A DNA stretch of 56,041 bases from positions 40,688,075 through 40,744,115 of the forward strand of contig NC_068981.1 in assembly GCF_001194135.2 (NCBI RefSeq), in the 5' to 3' direction. Shown one piece after another: positions 11,901 to 24,240 of this stretch (positions within the stretch are counted from its first letter, which is position 1; every line of letters starts with the position of its first letter). This stretch comes from Octopus bimaculoides (Eukaryota). Below the pieces are notes generated by a model. That model did not search any database. It had not been told where the DNA came from and was given only the letters and a program-made list of their open reading frames with translations. Position numbers and translations under genes: made by a program.

Positions 11901-13747
11901 ATCAACAAGTGGAGTCATGCCAGTCTTGTCAGCTTCCACAACAAAAGTAAATAATTACTGCACTTATCACGGAAACATTGCCTCTAACCACCACTATACT
12001 AAACATGAACAGCATGCAATTATAACCATCCCGATCACTTCAATTACTAGACCTCACTAACATTGCTGATCTCTTCTGGCGAACACATACTGCTTCTAAG
12101 ACAACACTATCCAGTGCGTCTTTCCTTATTTGAGATATTTGTGTCTGGTTTGGGGAAAATTTGGATGATATTTCTAACAATCGTGTAGACGCGTAATGGT
12201 TTGCTCTTTAGCTCGAGGAATTTTCGTTGTTAATTGACCCCCAAACCAACCCTAATAGAGTAGAGATATGATGAAACACACCTCGACTATGAATATCTCG
12301 TCCTGTTTTCAGACATCGAATATTCTAGTTTACAATATGTAAACATGTATTTTCTTTTTTCAAGATTAGAGTGTCAAAAATAAAGGGAGATTTTACAACT
12401 AATACTAGCTATTCGAGTGACCACATAAAAGCTCTTGTTGATGATCCTGTTACTGTTACTATTGTTGTAGCTGGGAGGGGCAGGTTAGCCCCAGATCAAG
12501 TCTGAGAAAAAAAGTCTATGATCAAAGACATTCCAACCATAACCGTCCTATTCTTTTTTCTTGTATGCAAAGAACTTATGACTGCATTATCTAGTGTACT
12601 CTTGACTAAGAAGCAAGGTGTGGTCTAAGGCTGATTTGGCTACTATATCTAGCATATCGAGTAACAAAGTAAGGGTTTCTTGGTTGTTGTTTATATTGAT
12701 GGTAATGTTTTTTCCTAGACTCCGCAGAATGAGACTTGAAGGAGGTTAGACTCTCCTTTCTAATAGTTCGAACGAACGTGTAGAAGGCTCCCTTGTGAGT
12801 CAGTTGTCGATGTCGGTGGTTGTGCTATTTAGTCGCAGTCAGTTCCGACGTTGCAAGTCTAGAAGTAAAAACTCGTTACAATGGCCCTGGATGGACCATC
12901 CTAACTAGTAAATTATATGTCCTTCTCAACAGAAGTATTTACTTCATTGATATCATTTAATACGCATCATGAATTCAAGAACAACAGGATCTGACTGCCT
13001 ACTCAACTCATAGCTTATCTTTGAGGTGTTGAATATCTCCGGTTTTTTGCATAAAAATGCGAATGGAAAATTTTGATGATTAAACGTAATTCCAAGAAAA
13101 TTCACGTTTCTCTATTCTGAGAAACTGAAACGTTTGTATTTAAATATATTTAGTTGTGATTAAATAATGAACCTACTGTGTTTTATTACCTAAAAGGTCT
13201 AAACAATTTGACAGTTAAGAATTTCAGTAATATCCCCTGGAGCGGGGATATTCCCAGTACCCATTACAATGCCTAATTTCTCTCAGACAAAAATTAAATC
13301 AAGACATAGGACAGATAATAGAAAGCGAAGCAGATTCATTCACGAAACAATAATACAAATAAATACGTGTGAAATCGGAAAATGACCACCGTTTAGTCAG
13401 ATGAGCGGAAAGCTGCAAATATATAGTCAATGGAAACATCAAGAAAGGAATTGTAAAGGAGTAGTATAAAAAAAAAGAACATAAAAGTTTGAAAAGTAAA
13501 CAAAAATTTACTTAGAGAAAAGAGATTTTATACTTACAAAAACGGCTGGAGTGCAGAGGTGACAACGTGGCGGTCATAAGAGTCGTAAGGTGCTATGAGA
13601 AGGGAAAAGGAGCATATAAAATTAACGATTTTCGTCATTTGGGGGCAAATTCTCTTGCAACCTAAGAGAAAATTTTAAGTGCACATGCATTTAATTTGAC
13701 GACTGTGTTTCATGGGTTTTGTTCCACTGATCGCGAGAATCAAATAT

Positions 13748-13886
13748 CGATTGCAACGGTTAGAACCGACAATTTTAAATGCAGCTGTTAAGAAAATGCA
13801 TGTTACATGTTTGAACACACAACGTTGCAACGTTTAGAATTGATAATTTATTTTAAGTGCAGGTGTTAAGAAAATACATGTTACAG
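13748..13886. repeat. ~75-bp diverged tandem duplication
   Basis: ttgcaacg(g/t)ttagaa..tgttaagaaaat(g/a)catgttaca occurs twice. Confidence 0.7.
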
Positions 13887-14149
13887 CAACCTGAGAATGC
13901 TGAAATAATTGATGACCATTTTAACCCTACAACAATTTAGGTCAAATTTCGTTAATCAGTTAATCAAAAATCATCTTATGCTTTGCTTGAGTGGCCTAGG
14001 TAAAAATTCCTTTGTTTCACCCCATCTTTAGTGCATATTCCATCTGTGTATATAATTTCAAGAAAATCGTTTGAAAACGTTAAAAGTTATGGCAGAAAAT
14101 AACATTCCTATGAGAATTTGCATTGAAATGTCCTACTGATTTTTGAATA

Positions 14150-14345
14150 ATCGATTCTGATTAAAAGTTATCGATAGTTTTGAAATTCTAAGTGCGTCAG
14201 TGACCGCATGGGCATAAGCACCACACACGTATCAAGTTTCATCAAGATTGGTTGAATAGTCTAGGAGGAGTTAAAGTAACAAATTCACAAACACATGCAC
14301 ACACACAGCCACAAACAGACAGAAATTGCTATTTATGTATATAGA
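14150..14345 (-). mobile_element. Helitron/Helentron-like 5' end
   Basis: Reverse complement begins A|TCTATATACATAAATAG..ctgtctgtttgtg, then core ttcaaccaatcttgatgaaacttg. Confidence 0.55.
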
Positions 14346-14399
14346 TTGTCATCATCGTTGTTATTATTATCATTATTGTTGTTATTATTATGTGATGAA

Positions 14400-14650
14400 A
14401 ACTCACAGCTTATTTTGCTGGGTATGATGGAATGTGTCAGCTGTCCACAGCCAGCAAACTATGGTAGCACTTGTTTACTCGTCATGCTCCAAGAACCCTG
14501 CGAAGAATTCTTGCAGTTCCAAGTACTGCTGGTTTTTGTAGATGTTCTACCTTCACACTTTTTCAGCAATGCTGGAAGTTGAGTGCTGATACTTCCAAGG
14601 GCGCCAATTACTATTGATGTCACGTCTACTCTCCTAATTGACCACAACCT
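14400..14650 (-). mobile_element. R4/Dong LINE 3' end (subfamily C) followed by degenerate (TAA)n
   Basis: RLWSIRRVDVTSIVIGALGSIS..LGTARILRRVL; 3' UTR homologous to 42540-42625. Confidence 0.85.
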
Positions 14651-14910
14651 TCATGACAATGTTGCAAGAATGATCTATTTGGAGCTCTACGGAAATCACG
14701 TCCTACAAATAATAAAAACTTAGTATGAGAAAACCCTAGAAGGAGTCACCGAGAATGAGAACTGCAAAATCCTGTGGGATGCAATGATTCAGTGCAATCA
14801 CCTGATCAGACATCGGAAACCGGACATTGTTGTGGTGAATAAAAAAGAAAGAACATGCATGTTAATTGACATAGCATGCCCCGGTTACAAGAAAATAAGG
14901 GTAGAGAGGG
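14650..14910 (+). mobile_element. R4/Dong RLE segment, inverted relative to the adjoining 3' end
   Basis: HDNVARMIY..ENENCKILWDAMIQCNHLIRHRKPDIVVVNKKERTCMLIDIACPG on plus strand. Confidence 0.85.
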
Positions 14911-15040
14911 AAGTGTTGTCTTCTAGCCACTTTGCTGAATGGTGGGTGAAAGTGGCAAGAATAGTACGAGTGAACGGGACTACCCCGAGCATACCCCTGT
15001 AGTTGGAAAAAAGGAAACAAAAAAAGGCACCTGCCCCAAA
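14911..15040 (+). mobile_element. Tx1/L1-like LINE extreme 3' end
   Basis: WVKVARIVRVNGT..L*; homologous to reverse complement of 43290-43390. Confidence 0.6.
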
Positions 15041-15042
15041 AG

Positions 15043-15740
15043 TCAGGGTACCCATGTTTTTTTTATAGGATTTTTCCATGAGCAGCCCTCGAACGTTGGG
15101 TGCATATATTTGTTTGCTTCTTTTGATTTCATTCTAAGTGATTCAGTAATAATAAAGAATGCTCTTGCTTTGAGACGCCAAATTATTTTGATCTCCATCT
15201 CCACGTCCTTATATTTGCTCAATTTCTCAAATGTTCTCAGAATGTTTTTATTAGCTATGGCTGCAACATCCATCAAAAGACAAGCCTTACCGCATGATTT
15301 TTCACAATGATATCTGGTCGGTTAGCCTATATTTCCCGATCAGTCTGATACATTCAGTATCCCGTGCAACTTGTGGTGATTTATGTTCCCATAAATTCCT
15401 TAAGTGAAGGATATTATATGCACGGCATATTGATTAGTGTATGCATTGAGATGCCCTGTCAAGTCGTTGAAAATACTTTGTCCTTGGAACTAATCCCTGC
15501 CATGCCGGGAGGCTGGTTTGTTTGATTATAATTTTTATTTGTTTTGCTTTTTCAGTTCGTGTATTGGTTCATCTAGTATTTTCCGAAAGTCTATCACATC
15601 TTTCGTCGTTGAGTGCAGCTTAGCTTTATGGCACTTTGAGGTTTCAGAACCAGCTTTAACATCCAGTTATTTGCCTGCTGCAAATAGGAAAAATGTTCCA
15701 CGGTTATTTTCAATGAAAGCTGTGACTGTGCTAATTCCCA
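15043..15740 (-). mobile_element. Degenerate R4/Dong LINE C-terminal remnant
   Basis: MDVAAIANKNI..EKLSKYKDVEMEIKIIWRLK on minus strand. Confidence 0.7.
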
Positions 15741-15747
15741 ATCGCCT

Positions 15748-15868
15748 TCTTTTCTCGGAAAATATAATCAATACTTTTCCCGGAAAGTATAATCGATACT
15801 TTTCCCGGAAGGTATAATCGACCATTTAATTGGAAGGTATAATCGATTCCTTTCTCGAAAAGTATAGA
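15748..15868. repeat. ~23-bp minisatellite, ~5 diverged units
   Basis: Unit approximately TACTTTTCCCGGAAAGTATAATCGA. Confidence 0.8.
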
Positions 15869-16059
15869 CAATCATAATTATTTTAATATCTTGGAAGTAT
15901 AGTAAATAACTTGGAAGTACAGATTCTATGGTAAAAGAAGACCTATCTTTAGGTATAAGGATAAGTTGAAACAATCGCTAAAATCCCTACAGATTAATTT
16001 AACATATTGTTTTCCTTCAAACACTCGTGCATCGAAATCAACCATCCTCATCATCATTA

Positions 16060-16106
16060 TAATCACCCTCATCGTCGTCGTCATCATCATCATCATATCA
16101 TCATCA

Positions 16107-16179
<73 letters not shown>

Positions 16180-16192
16180 CATCATCATTATT
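16060..16192. repeat. (CAT)n/(ATT)n microsatellite
   Basis: Direct reading. Other ATT/TAA arrays at 16410-16480, 17500-17560, 21210-21300, 23461-23512, 24163-24240, 26108-26238, 42625-42680, 43013-43040, 45513-45615, 45797-45866. Confidence 0.95.
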
Positions 16193-16406
16193 AAGGCGGC
16201 GAGCTGGCAGAATCGTTAGCGCGCTGGATGGAATGCTTAGCGGTATTTCACCGGTCGCTACGTTCTGGATTCAAATTCCGCTGAGGTCGACTTTGCCTTT
16301 CATCCTAACGGGGTCGATAAATTAAGTACCAGTTAAACACTGGGTCGATATGATCGACTTGTTCCCACCCCAAAAATCTGAGGCCTTGTGCCTCCAGTAG
16401 AAAGGA
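16193..16406 (+). mobile_element. tRNA-derived SINE (aaggcggcgagctggcagaatcg.. family)
   Basis: Head with B-box-like ttcaaattcc; core gtcgactttgcctttcatcc..ggggtcgataaattaagtacc (resembles the Meta/MESC-type domain, unverified); ATT arrays on both sides. Confidence 0.85.
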
Positions 16407-16576
16407 TCATTATTATCATTATGATAATTACTATTATTATTATTATTATCATTGCTATAATTATTATTATAATTATTATTACCAGTTGAGAACTGATGTC
16501 AATGTAATTGACTCATCCCCTTCACCAAAATTGCTGCTCTTGTGGCAAAATTTGAAAATATTATCATTATTATTAT

Positions 16577-17499
16577 TTTATGTTTGACTTTTGCTTTGCA
16601 TTTTACAAGTTGGATCCAAATCTCACCCAGAGACCTCAAGAGACAACAAGTTAGAAGTTCATGTAGGTGTTATGCCTAGGGTACCATATATTTGGATTTG
16701 TACATAGTGTTGTTATAGAGAATGGTTAAGAAACCATAAGAAAATTATGTTTGTTTTAAAATTTGAGATCACATAGACAGTATTTTACGTAGGATATGGG
16801 CAGTTCCCATGAGCACTATCTTTTGAACTTCAACCATTTTGGGGTTTCCTGGTATCTGAGCTAGGTAGTAATCAGCCCGTTTCGCTGTCCATTCCCAGGG
16901 CACCTATGACAATAGGTATTGTTTTAGTCTTCAGGTTCCACATTTTGCTAATTTNNNNNNNNNNNNNNNNNNNNNNNNNNNNNNNNNNNNNNNNNNNNNN
17001 NNNNNNNNNNNNNNNNNNNNNNNNNNNNNNNNNNNNNNNNNNNNNNNNNNNNNNNNNNNNNNNNNNNNNNNNNNNNNNNNNNNNNNNNNNNNNNNNNNNN
17101 NNNNNNNNNNNNNNNNNNNNNNNNNNNNNNNNNNNNNNNNNNNNNNNNNNNNNNNNNNNNNNNNNNNNNNNNNNNNNNNNNNNNNNNNNNNNNNNNNNNN
17201 NNNNNNNNNNNNNNNNNNNNNNNNNNNNNNNNNNNNNNNNNNNNNNNNNNNNNNNNNNNNNNNNNNNNNNNNNNNNNNNNNNNNNNNNNNNNNNNNNNNN
17301 NNNNNNNNNNNNNNNNNNNNNNNNNNNNNNNNNNNNNNNNNNNNNNNNNNNNNNNNNNNNNNNNNNNNNNNNNNNNNNNNNNNNNNNNNNNNNNNNNNNN
17401 NNNNNNNNNNNNNNNNNCCATTAGCCATTGATGGGTAAGGGCTTTGTCAATATCTGCATTATTCGCTCTCTTTGGGTATTTGCCATTGAGAGGTTTTTC

Positions 17500-17500
<1 letters not shown>
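16577..17500 (-). mobile_element. 5'-truncated R4/Dong LINE (subfamily A) spanning a gap
   Basis: EKPLNGKYPKRA..HQWL upstream of the gap; WNLKTKTIPIVIGALG..AHILRKILSM* plus ~200-bp UTR downstream; ATT arrays on both sides. Confidence 0.85.
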
Positions 17501-17560
<60 letters not shown>

Positions 17561-17562
<2 letters not shown>

Positions 17563-17775
17563 GGCGGTGAGCTGGCAGAATCATTAGCACGCCGAGCGAA
17601 ATGCTTATCCGTAGTTCGCCCGTCGCTACGTTCTGAGTTAAAATTCCGCCGAGGTTGACTTTATCTTTCATCCTTTCGAGGTCGACAAAATAAGTAGCAG
17701 TTGAACATTAGGTCCATGTAATTAACTCATCCCCTCTCCACAAAATTGCTGCTATTGTGGCAAAGTTTGAAACCA
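17561..17775 (+). mobile_element. tRNA-derived SINE (same family as 16193)
   Basis: aaggcggtgagctggcagaatc..gaggttgactttatctttcatcctttcgaggtcg. Confidence 0.85.
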
Positions 17776-17859
17776 TCATAATTATTATTGTTTTTGTATT
17801 GTCCCCTCATTCTTCGCCCTTATGGCAAATAAATTAAATCATTACTATTTTTTTTTTAT

Positions 17860-19030
17860 CAGTAGTTTTATTTTTATCACATGTTTTCACTACACTACCG
17901 AGCGCAGCTCTGTGTGCCTTGAGTATGTGCTGTGGTTTGTTGTCATGATCTCATTTTTACTGTATTGAAAGTGTTTTACGGAGGATGTGTGCGGTGCTTG
18001 GTAGTGCTACTTTTTGTATGTTATATATACTTGTTAGTCCTGGTGCTTTTGTTATGGATTTGCCTGAATATTCTTTTATCATACCTAATGCGCCTATTAT
18101 GATAGGAATTGTTTCTGTTTTTAGACTCGACATTCGAGTTACCTCTATTTCCAGGTCTTTGTATTTTGAAAGTTTCTCCGTCTCTTTTAGAGAAACACTG
18201 TCATCTGTTGGTATTGATACATCAATTAGAAAACTTTTTTTTTTCATGATCTCTGACAACTACATCCGGCCTATTGGTCTTAATTTCTCTATCTATGTGC
18301 ATTGGCATATACCAGAGTATGGTTACTTTCTCACTTTCTGTGATCTTTTCTGGCGTGTGTCTATACCATCTTTTTTCCGTTGTTATTCCATAGCGTTGGC
18401 ACAGCTTCAAGTGTATGTAAATCCTGACTCTGTCGTGTCTGTGAACATATTCCTTCTTAGCCGGGATTGGGCAGCCAGAGACAATACGATTTATTGTTTC
18501 TTGTCCATCTCCACATATTATGCAGTTACTTGTATTTCTTTTCATTACATGTTTTGGTAATTTCTGGTGGGGAGGCTTTGGTCTTTTGCTGCATTTAAAA
18601 ATCCTTCAGTCTCTGCTTGGAGACCTGAGCTTCTCAGCCATTGTTGGGATTTTGCTTTGTCTTTTCGTTTAGTTTAATCGAGTATTTGCCATGAAGGGGC
18701 TTTTCTTGCCATCGTTTTATCATGGTCCGTTGCTGTTCCCGTTTTAGTTTGGATTTCAGTTGTTTTACAGCTTTTGTTGTTTCTTCTTTTTCTTCATAGT
18801 TGTTAGATACTATGACTTCTTTTTCTATATTTGTCAGCTTCCTTAAAGTCTGAAAACAGTCTTGGATTCTTTTACTGTTTCAATGACCTTTTGAATATTT
18901 CAAGACGCTGATAGTTCTCTTTCTTAACTATATTCAGTATTGTTTTTCAAACCTATTGTCCAGGTACTAATGGTGCCTTCTGTGTTTAACAACCCTCTGC
19001 CTCCTACCTTTCTTGATAAGTAGAACCAAT
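17860..19030 (-). mobile_element. 5'-truncated R4/Dong LINE (subfamily with ..LRKTLSIQ* end)
   Basis: YLSRKVGGRGL..CIICGDGQETINRIVSGCP..RHDRV..RPDVVV..IDVSIPTD..KLSKYKDL. Confidence 0.9.
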
Positions 19031-19530
19031 GGAAGATGGCAGGACAATTACGTATCACAATGCGCTCAGCTGGTAGCTGAATCAGTCCTATACGTGACAG
19101 TTGGTATTTGACGTAACTCCACAAATAAACAATGCCCGGATTCTGGACGAGTGAGTGTAGAGCAGTTTCCTCGCTCTGCACGTATCTCAGGCAGTCTCGA
19201 TTGGCGGCACATCAATGTCTGTAAAGTTTATGCCAACCAATAATGCTTCCGAGTGTAAGAATTCAAGAATTTATCCATAGACTACTTCTCAAAAGTCCTC
19301 AGTAACATACCAGCTAATTGATTTTCGTCGACGATAGACTTTCCCCGAGAACGTCGTCGCCAGAACTTTCATTACTCGCATTTCTTGACCGATAGAGGGC
19401 AGTGGATGCTTGATAGCATTCTAAATGTCACGCAGAGATCTGTGAGTGCTTGGCGATACTCAAGATGCCAAGAGACCTATTTCAATCTTGTTTGATCCAG
19501 GACTGCAGCTCTGACAAAGAATGGAGCTAA
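19030..19530 (-). mobile_element. Tx1/L1-like ORF2 zf-RVT region fragment, copy 1
   Basis: ETALHSLVQNPGIVYLWSYVKYQLSRIG; homologous to 20000-20480 and to the start of the 43290-43612 segment. Confidence 0.65.
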
Positions 19531-19999
19531 GGAATACGTGGCTGACAAACAGCAACCTCATATCTTCATCGTAAAGGAATTGATAGAAATATCGCAGCCT
19601 TGAAATAATAATAATAGTTTCTGATTTAGGGACAGGGTGCGTGACATTTAGAATGCTGCTAAGCTGTGGAAAAACCGATTTGACAAAGGATGATGATATC
19701 TATTCAATTAAAATATAACAAAGCTTAGGAGTAACAAAACTTAGGAGTGTTCAAAACGTGCTTGGTAATATATCTCAACAGGTTTATTATTTAATCACAG
19801 CTAAATATATTTAAATACAAACCGCCCAATTTCTCAGAATAGAGAAAGGCAAATTTTCTTGAAATTACGAGTAGTCATTAAAAGATGTAGACTAGGCGGT
19901 CAGATCCTGATGTCCTTGAATTCATGACGTAACTACGTGTTAAAAGACTTCGTAACTACTTGTCCTTCTTAGCCAAAGGAGATCAGTTGGAAGAGCTTC

Positions 20000-20480
20000 G
20001 CATTGGACTCACCTACTAGCCAGATCAGTGCTGCACGCGATAGCTGCTGTTCGACATAACTCCAAAAGTCAGCAATACCCTGGCGTTGGACGAGTGCAAA
20101 CAGAACTTTTTTGTTGCTTGCTGCAATCTAGGATGAGCCCGGATGACGACAATTCGTCTTTGTACAGTTTATCTAGAATTGGTAATTCCCACTACAGCAT
20201 TACTAAGCCAGCAGTTTCCGAAAATTATCAATGAGCTTTGTTCTGAATGTGTTTATGAAGTGATTAGCCGGTTGATTTTCATTGACATCCGGAGTTTATC
20301 AGAGAATGTCGTCGCCTTCATTCACGACTTATCCTCCGTAGAACGCCAACGTGGAACTTCTACCCAGTGGCTTGCCCGAGGAGCAGAGATCTGTAAGTGC
20401 TTGGCGACACTCAAGATGCCAAGAGATCTATTTCAGTCTTGCTTGATCCAGGACTGCAGCTCTGCCAAAGACAGGAGCTA
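20000..20480 (-). mobile_element. Tx1/L1-like ORF2 zf-RVT region fragment, copy 2
   Basis: DNFRKLLA..LPILDKLYK..ALVQRQGIADFWSYVEQ. Confidence 0.65.
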
Positions 20481-20544
20481 AGGAATTGATGGAAATATCG
20501 CAGCCTTGAAATAACAATAATAGTTTCTAATTTAGGGACAAGCC

Positions 20545-20850
20545 CAGCAGTTTTGATTAGAGGAAGAAAATCGATACCATTGACGCTACTATTGGACTGG
20601 TACTTTATTTGATCAACACCGAAAGAATAAAATGGCAAAGGTAACTGGGATTTGAATTAAGAACATTGAGAGCCAGATCAAAATGCTTTACAGTATTTCT
20701 TCCAGTTCTTTCCATTCTGAGTTCAAATTCCGCCGAGAACAACTTTGCTTTTCTCTAGAATCGATAAAATTAAACATCTCTCTTGTACTGGGAACGAAGC
20801 TGTCGACTTATCTCATTTCACATAAGGATGTTAGCCTTGTGTCTAAATCA
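20545..20850. mobile_element. Two degenerate SINE fragments in opposite orientation
   Basis: ttctgagttcaaattccgccgag on plus at ~20715; reverse-complement core at ~20590-20660. Confidence 0.5.
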
Positions 20851-20879
20851 GAAATAATAATAACAGGAGTGCTATAAGA

Positions 20880-21203
20880 GCGTAAATCTCTGCCAAGGCA
20901 ACACCAACCTCCTCTCAACGATTAGCCAGAGATGATTTTAAAAATGAGAATATCAGAAATAGACTCGACTGCTCTCATAAACGTGAATACTAAAAATGAA
21001 CCCGACTGCTCTCAAAAGTTAAGTAAAAAAAGAAAAAAAGAAAAATCCAGAATCCTTGTCCAGTACCGGATCGATTCCAAAACCTAATCAGTTTGTGCTA
21101 GTCAGAGTTTCATCCGAATCCATCAATCGATTCTTGAGATATATTGTCCACGGACAAACAAACAAACACGATTGAAGACAGTACCTCCACCTTCGCTAAG
21201 GTG

Positions 21204-21210
<7 letters not shown>
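20880..21210 (+). mobile_element. Helentron/HINE-like non-autonomous 3' end with terminal stem-loop
   Basis: (ACAA)n then hairpin CTCCACCTT-cgct-AAGGTGGAG at ~21185-21206, abutting (TAA)n. Confidence 0.45.
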
Positions 21211-21288
<78 letters not shown>

Positions 21289-21619
21289 TAATAATAAATG
21301 GTGTTAGGAAGACACTCGGCAAGAAATAGAAACAGAATTGAAAGAAGATGATAATGAAAATAATAATAATAACAATCCTTGGGGAAGGGATAGTCAATTA
21401 CATTGACCTCCAGAGTTCTACACAAAATTGTTCATTTACAAAGTTATGTGATAGAGAAAGGGGAAGAAAGACAGAAAAAGACAGTAAAAAATAAAAATAG
21501 AAAAATAATGGGGAAAAGGGAAAGAAAATTCACAACGACAATGCTCTTCTCAATACGTGTGACGTACCAGTTAAGACAATCTTTTGCACTTATTGTATGG
21601 ATGGTAAGACAGGGATCAT

Positions 21620-23460
21620 TCTTAAATAATTTTCAGTTCCTTTTTTGATCATTCCAAGTGCTCCTACAGTCACTGGTATTGTAACCGTCTTGAGGTGCCA
21701 CTTTTTCGATTTCGATGAGCAAATCTTTATATTTTCTAAGCTTAACAAATTATTTTAAAGAGTTATTATAGTCACAGAGTAATGTCATGTCAATCAATAA
21801 ACAGACTTTATTGCTTTTGTCTTTCACAACAATATCTGGTTTGTTTGCTTTGATGGTCCAGTCTGTACATACTTGGAAGCCCCAAAGAATAGTTATGTTT
21901 TCTCCCTCGGTTACAGCTTGTATCATTTGTCAGTAGTTTTGATTTTATAATGCTGACACATTATCCAGTGTAGATATTGGCCAACTCTGTTATGTCTTGA
22001 TTTGTACTCTACAGGTGCTAGAACCTTACATCCAGAAATTAGGTGCTCCACTTTTTCTATCCCATCGTTGCAGTATCGGCATTTTAGATATACACCATTT
22101 TTCATCACATTGTCTTGATAGTTCCGGGTGAATAAGCTCTGATCTTTGGCAGTCAAGATAAAGCCTTCACTCTCTGCCTTTAGCCCTGAGCTCCGTAACC
22201 ACTGATAGGTGTGCTTCTGGTCTACAACAGCTTGTTTGCTACGGGCCACATATTTGCCATGCAGAGGTTTTTGTTCCCACCTATCAGCCAATTGTTCAAG
22301 CGCATTTTGCTTTGCTATTGATTTAACCTTCTTTGCAACTACAGTTGCTGCACTTCCATCATGCTGTTCAACTTGGGTATTATGCATAAGCTCACTCGAG
22401 AATATTTTGCTCTCCTTCATAACAGAATGTAGCTTCTTACATCTTTCATGGTTTTCAATGAGATTTAGCATCCAGTGGTTGGATGTTTCAAGATATTTTA
22501 CCAGTCCAATTGTGGTGGTTTTGTAAGAGATTTTAAACTGGATCAAGCCACGACCTCCTTGAGCTCTGGGTAGTTAAAAATGATATGCGTCTGCTTTTGG
22601 GCGGTACACCTTATTGCAAGTTAGCAGCTTACAGATTTTCCTGTCAGTCTTCCTTATTTTGTTCATATTCCAGTTCAACACACTGAATCTGTAATTAACA
22701 ACCGGAAATGCTAAGGAATTTATAGCTAACATCTTATTGCGTGCATTTAACTCAGATTTAAGGACTGCTTGAAGTCTCCTGTAACACTCCTTCCTGATCT
22801 TCTCTTTCATACTTACATGTTGAATGCCAGATCCCTCATTTATTCCGAGGTATTTGTAAGTTTGTTCCTACTCGAGTTCTTTTATGACTATGTCAACATC
22901 CAACTCCACTGAAAGTGAGGTCTTCCGTTTCCCTTTCTGGAAAGTGGCCTTGGCACATTTATCAAGACCAAATTCTATCCCAATGTCATCACTGAATGCT
23001 TTCACAGTACGTAGTAGTCCTTCAAGCTCATTATCGTCTTTGCCATAGAGTTTTAAGTCATCTATATAAAATAGATTACTTATTTTCTTGTAGCCAATTT
23101 TCATCCATACACTGTTCTGTTAAGTTCACTTGTCAGAGGTATTAGGGCTATACAGAAAATTAAAGGTGAAAATAAGTCACCTTGGAAAATGCCGCAGTTG
23201 ATATTAATATTTTTTATGGTCAGTACTCTATTAGAGTGGTATTGTTGGAGATTTGTATTCCACGTTGACATGTTGTGCTTCAGGAAGTTTGAAATCACAG
23301 GAGAAATTTTGAAGGTAGCCAGCGATTTTAAGATCCATGATTGTGGTATGCTGTCGAAGGCCTTTTTATAATCAATCCATACAGAAGTGAGCTTTCTGCG
23401 TTTGTTATAACAGTTCTCAAGGATCATGCGATTGACAAAGCGTTGGTCTTTGCATCCATG
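21620..23460 (-). mobile_element. 5'-truncated R4/Dong LINE, RT through RLE (~1.85 kb, several stops/frameshifts)
   Basis: WIDYKKAFDS..GIFQGDLFSP..LFYIDDLKLY..FGLDKC..YKYLG..GGRGL..CRYC..EHLISGC..RHNRV. Confidence 0.95.
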
Positions 23461-23464
23461 ATTA

Positions 23465-23511
<47 letters not shown>

Positions 23512-23512
23512 G

Positions 23513-24162
23513 TTCAGTAGTTTTATTTTTATAACGTGCTTTCACTTCACTACCCAGCGCAGCTCTGTGTGTCTTGGGTATGTGCTGTGGTTTGCTGTGA
23601 TGCTCTTATGGTTACTGTATTGAAAGTGTTTTGCATAGGATGTGTAGTGCCCAGTAGTGCAATTTTCTGTATGTTATATATATTTGTAAGTCCTGGTGTT
23701 TTTGTTATGTATTTGTCTGAATATTTTTTTATTATACCTAAGGCACCTACTATGGTAGGAATTGTTTCTGTTTTTAGATTCCACNNNNNNNNNNNNNNNN
23801 NNNNNNNNNNNNNNNNNNNNNNNNNNNNNNNNNNNNNNNNNNNNNNNNNNNNNNNNNNNNNNNNNNNNNNNNNNNNNNNNNNNNNNNNNNNNNNNNNNNN
23901 NNNNNNNNNNNNNNNNNNNNNNNNNNNNNNNNNNNNNNNNNNNNNNNNNNNNNNNNNNNNNNNNNNNNNNNNNNNNNNNNNNNNNNNNNNNNNNNNNNNN
24001 NNNNNNNNNNNNNNNNNNNNNNNNNNNNNNNNNNNNNNNNNNNNNNNNNNNNNNNNNNNNNNNNNNGTTGTCATCTGCTGGTATTGATACATCAATTAGA
24101 AAGCATTTTTTTTTCTTCATGATCTTTGACAACTATATCTGGTCTATTTGCCTTAATTTCTC
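23513..24162 (-). mobile_element. R4/Dong 3' end (LRKTLSIQ-type) spanning a gap
   Basis: RPDIVVKDHEEK..IDVSIPADDN..WNLKTETIPTIVGALG; ATT arrays on both sides. Confidence 0.85.
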
Positions 24163-24231
<69 letters not shown>

Positions 24232-24240
24232 CATTATTAT

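Noticed and set aside
15748-15868. CRISPR-like array
   Set aside because: Units are adjacent with no unique spacers, there are no cas genes, and the context is eukaryotic.
19030-20545. LTR pair
   Set aside because: The repeats translate as LINE zf-RVT sequence and lack TG..CA ends.
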